Shown piece by piece: positions 48,500-49,291 of a stretch of DNA of 49,291 nucleotides. Source of the stretch: a virus. Taxonomy: Duplodnaviria; Heunggongvirae; Uroviricota; Caudoviricetes; Demerecviridae. The stretch lies in the IMG/VR virus record IMGVR_UViG_2757320985_000001, one strand, 5' to 3'. Position 1 is the stretch's first letter. The number at the start of each line of letters is the position of its first letter. Position numbers and translations under genes: made by a program. The notes beneath the pieces were generated by a model. It had not been told where the DNA came from. It made no database searches and was given only the letters and a program-made list of their open reading frames with translations.

Positions 48500-48693
48500 C
48501 GCGTTAGAATGCGTTTGAGAGCGTTTTAGAGCTATATTAGAGTTATTCACTACGCAGGAATACTGTATAAATATACAGTAGAATAACCTGTTGATAAGTC
48601 TGTTGATAACGCCTCAAAATCGCTAGGATTTTGTCAAGTCAAATCGTGCTGTTAATAAACCTGTGGATAACTTAAATAACAGTGTTTCTCACT
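48500..48693 (-). repeat. Module B: inverted homologue of module A
   Basis: TACTGTATAAATATACAGTA at 48561-48580; DnaA-like boxes on the minus strand at 48589, 48601, 48650 and 48662. Confidence 0.8.
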
Positions 48694-48696
48694 TCC

Positions 48697-48840
48697 CTTT
48701 CTAAATGCAAATCATTCTCATTATGCGATTCATTCGTATTCCGGTAATCAAATGATAACCATTCTCATTCCGCTTTCTAAACGCAAATCATTCTCATTCA
48801 ACTTCTCAAATGCGAATCAATCTCATTATCATTCGCATTT
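48697..48840 (+). repeat. Array of Fur-box-like repeats
   Basis: TGCAAATCATTCTCA (48706), TGATAACCATTCTCA (48753), CGCAAATCATTCTCA (48782), TGCGAATCAATCTCA (48811). Confidence 0.7.
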
Positions 48841-48878
48841 CGGCAGGCAGGGCATTTTCATTTTTGCCCTGCGCTTTT

Positions 48879-49167
48879 GTGCAAATCCGACATTTGCCCC
48901 CACGGATTACGTGCCAGCGTGCATGTGCGAATCCGACAATTTTTGGTAGTGTGCAAATCCGATGGCAAATATTTTTTATATGTGCAAATCCGACCATGAA
49001 TTTTCCTAAAAACTCCAGCAATCCGCAACTGCGATGCAATCCAGCTGGATTTACTAGAGTATGTGCAAATCCGACAAGTGTTAAGGTGTGCGAATCCGAC
49101 AAGATTTTTGTGACTTCGATTGGAGGGTGTGTGATTGTGTGGGTTTGGGGAGAAGTGCGAATCCGAT
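48879..49167 (+). repeat. Seven direct copies of GTGCRAATCCGAY (presumed injection-stop region)
   Basis: Copies start at 48879, 48925, 48951, 48982, 49063, 49088 and 49155. Confidence 0.9.
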
Positions 49168-49291
49168 GAGATTTTGGGAGGAACTACGGAAGGAGCAGCG
49201 GTGATGGTGCTTTAGCACCGGTTTGCTGCGTTTTTGGGGATAATGTGGGATGTTTTGGCTAGAATTGAGATTAGTGGAGATAAAGCGAAAT

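Larger units (their letters stand above)
39360..49291. repeat. Terminal repeat / first-step-transfer region (boundaries approximate)
   Basis: Contains the dmp-A1-A2 pre-early genes that define the ~10 kb T5 terminal repeat. The second copy is not in the window, so the boundaries are inferred from synteny only. Confidence 0.6.

Noticed and set aside
48879-49167. Repeat array as a mini-CRISPR
   Set aside because: Repeats are only 13 bp, spacers vary from 12 to 68 bp, there is no palindromic repeat structure and no cas gene in the window.
48752-49169. ORFs of 65, 98 and 119 aa over the terminal repeats
   Set aside because: The translations merely mirror the DNA repeats (CANP/CESD units), lack RBSs and lie downstream of the operon terminator.

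Overview
This window is the right-hand part of a T5-like siphophage genome (Demerecviridae, Tequintavirus/Epseptimavirus-like; family placement inferred from gene order and protein motifs, no search run). From left to right it contains: the end of the replication/recombination module (DNA polymerase truncated by the window edge, D10-D15, dUTPase); the leftward late morphogenesis region (two lateral tail fibres, tail tip, tape measure, tail tube, head, portal, HNH nuclease, terminase, receptor-binding protein); the llp superinfection-exclusion lipoprotein with a run of small membrane-protein genes; and from about 39.4 kb the terminal-repeat / first-step-transfer (pre-early) region (dmp, A1, A2, small unknown genes), ending in the repeat-rich presumed injection-stop region. 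I saw no tRNA, CRISPR array, integrase, intron or intein. The structural genes are ordinary T5 orthologues. The unusual signals are mostly non-coding or recoding: (1) an rRNA-operon-like leader on the leftward pre-early transcript (hairpin + boxA, a 24-bp long-range RNA stem bracketing one small gene, then a second boxA); (2) two inverted ~190-bp modules with identical spacing of four DnaA-box-like 9-mers, a near-consensus LexA box and a Fur-like box; (3) Fur-like and iteron-like arrays at the window end; (4) a second tail fibre gene broken exactly at a G8 run; (5) a tail-chaperone gene pair that needs a +1 rather than the usual -1 frameshift. Assignments of host-factor binding sites are motif-based inference, and some repeats in the T5 injection-stop region are already described in the literature, so novelty needs checking.
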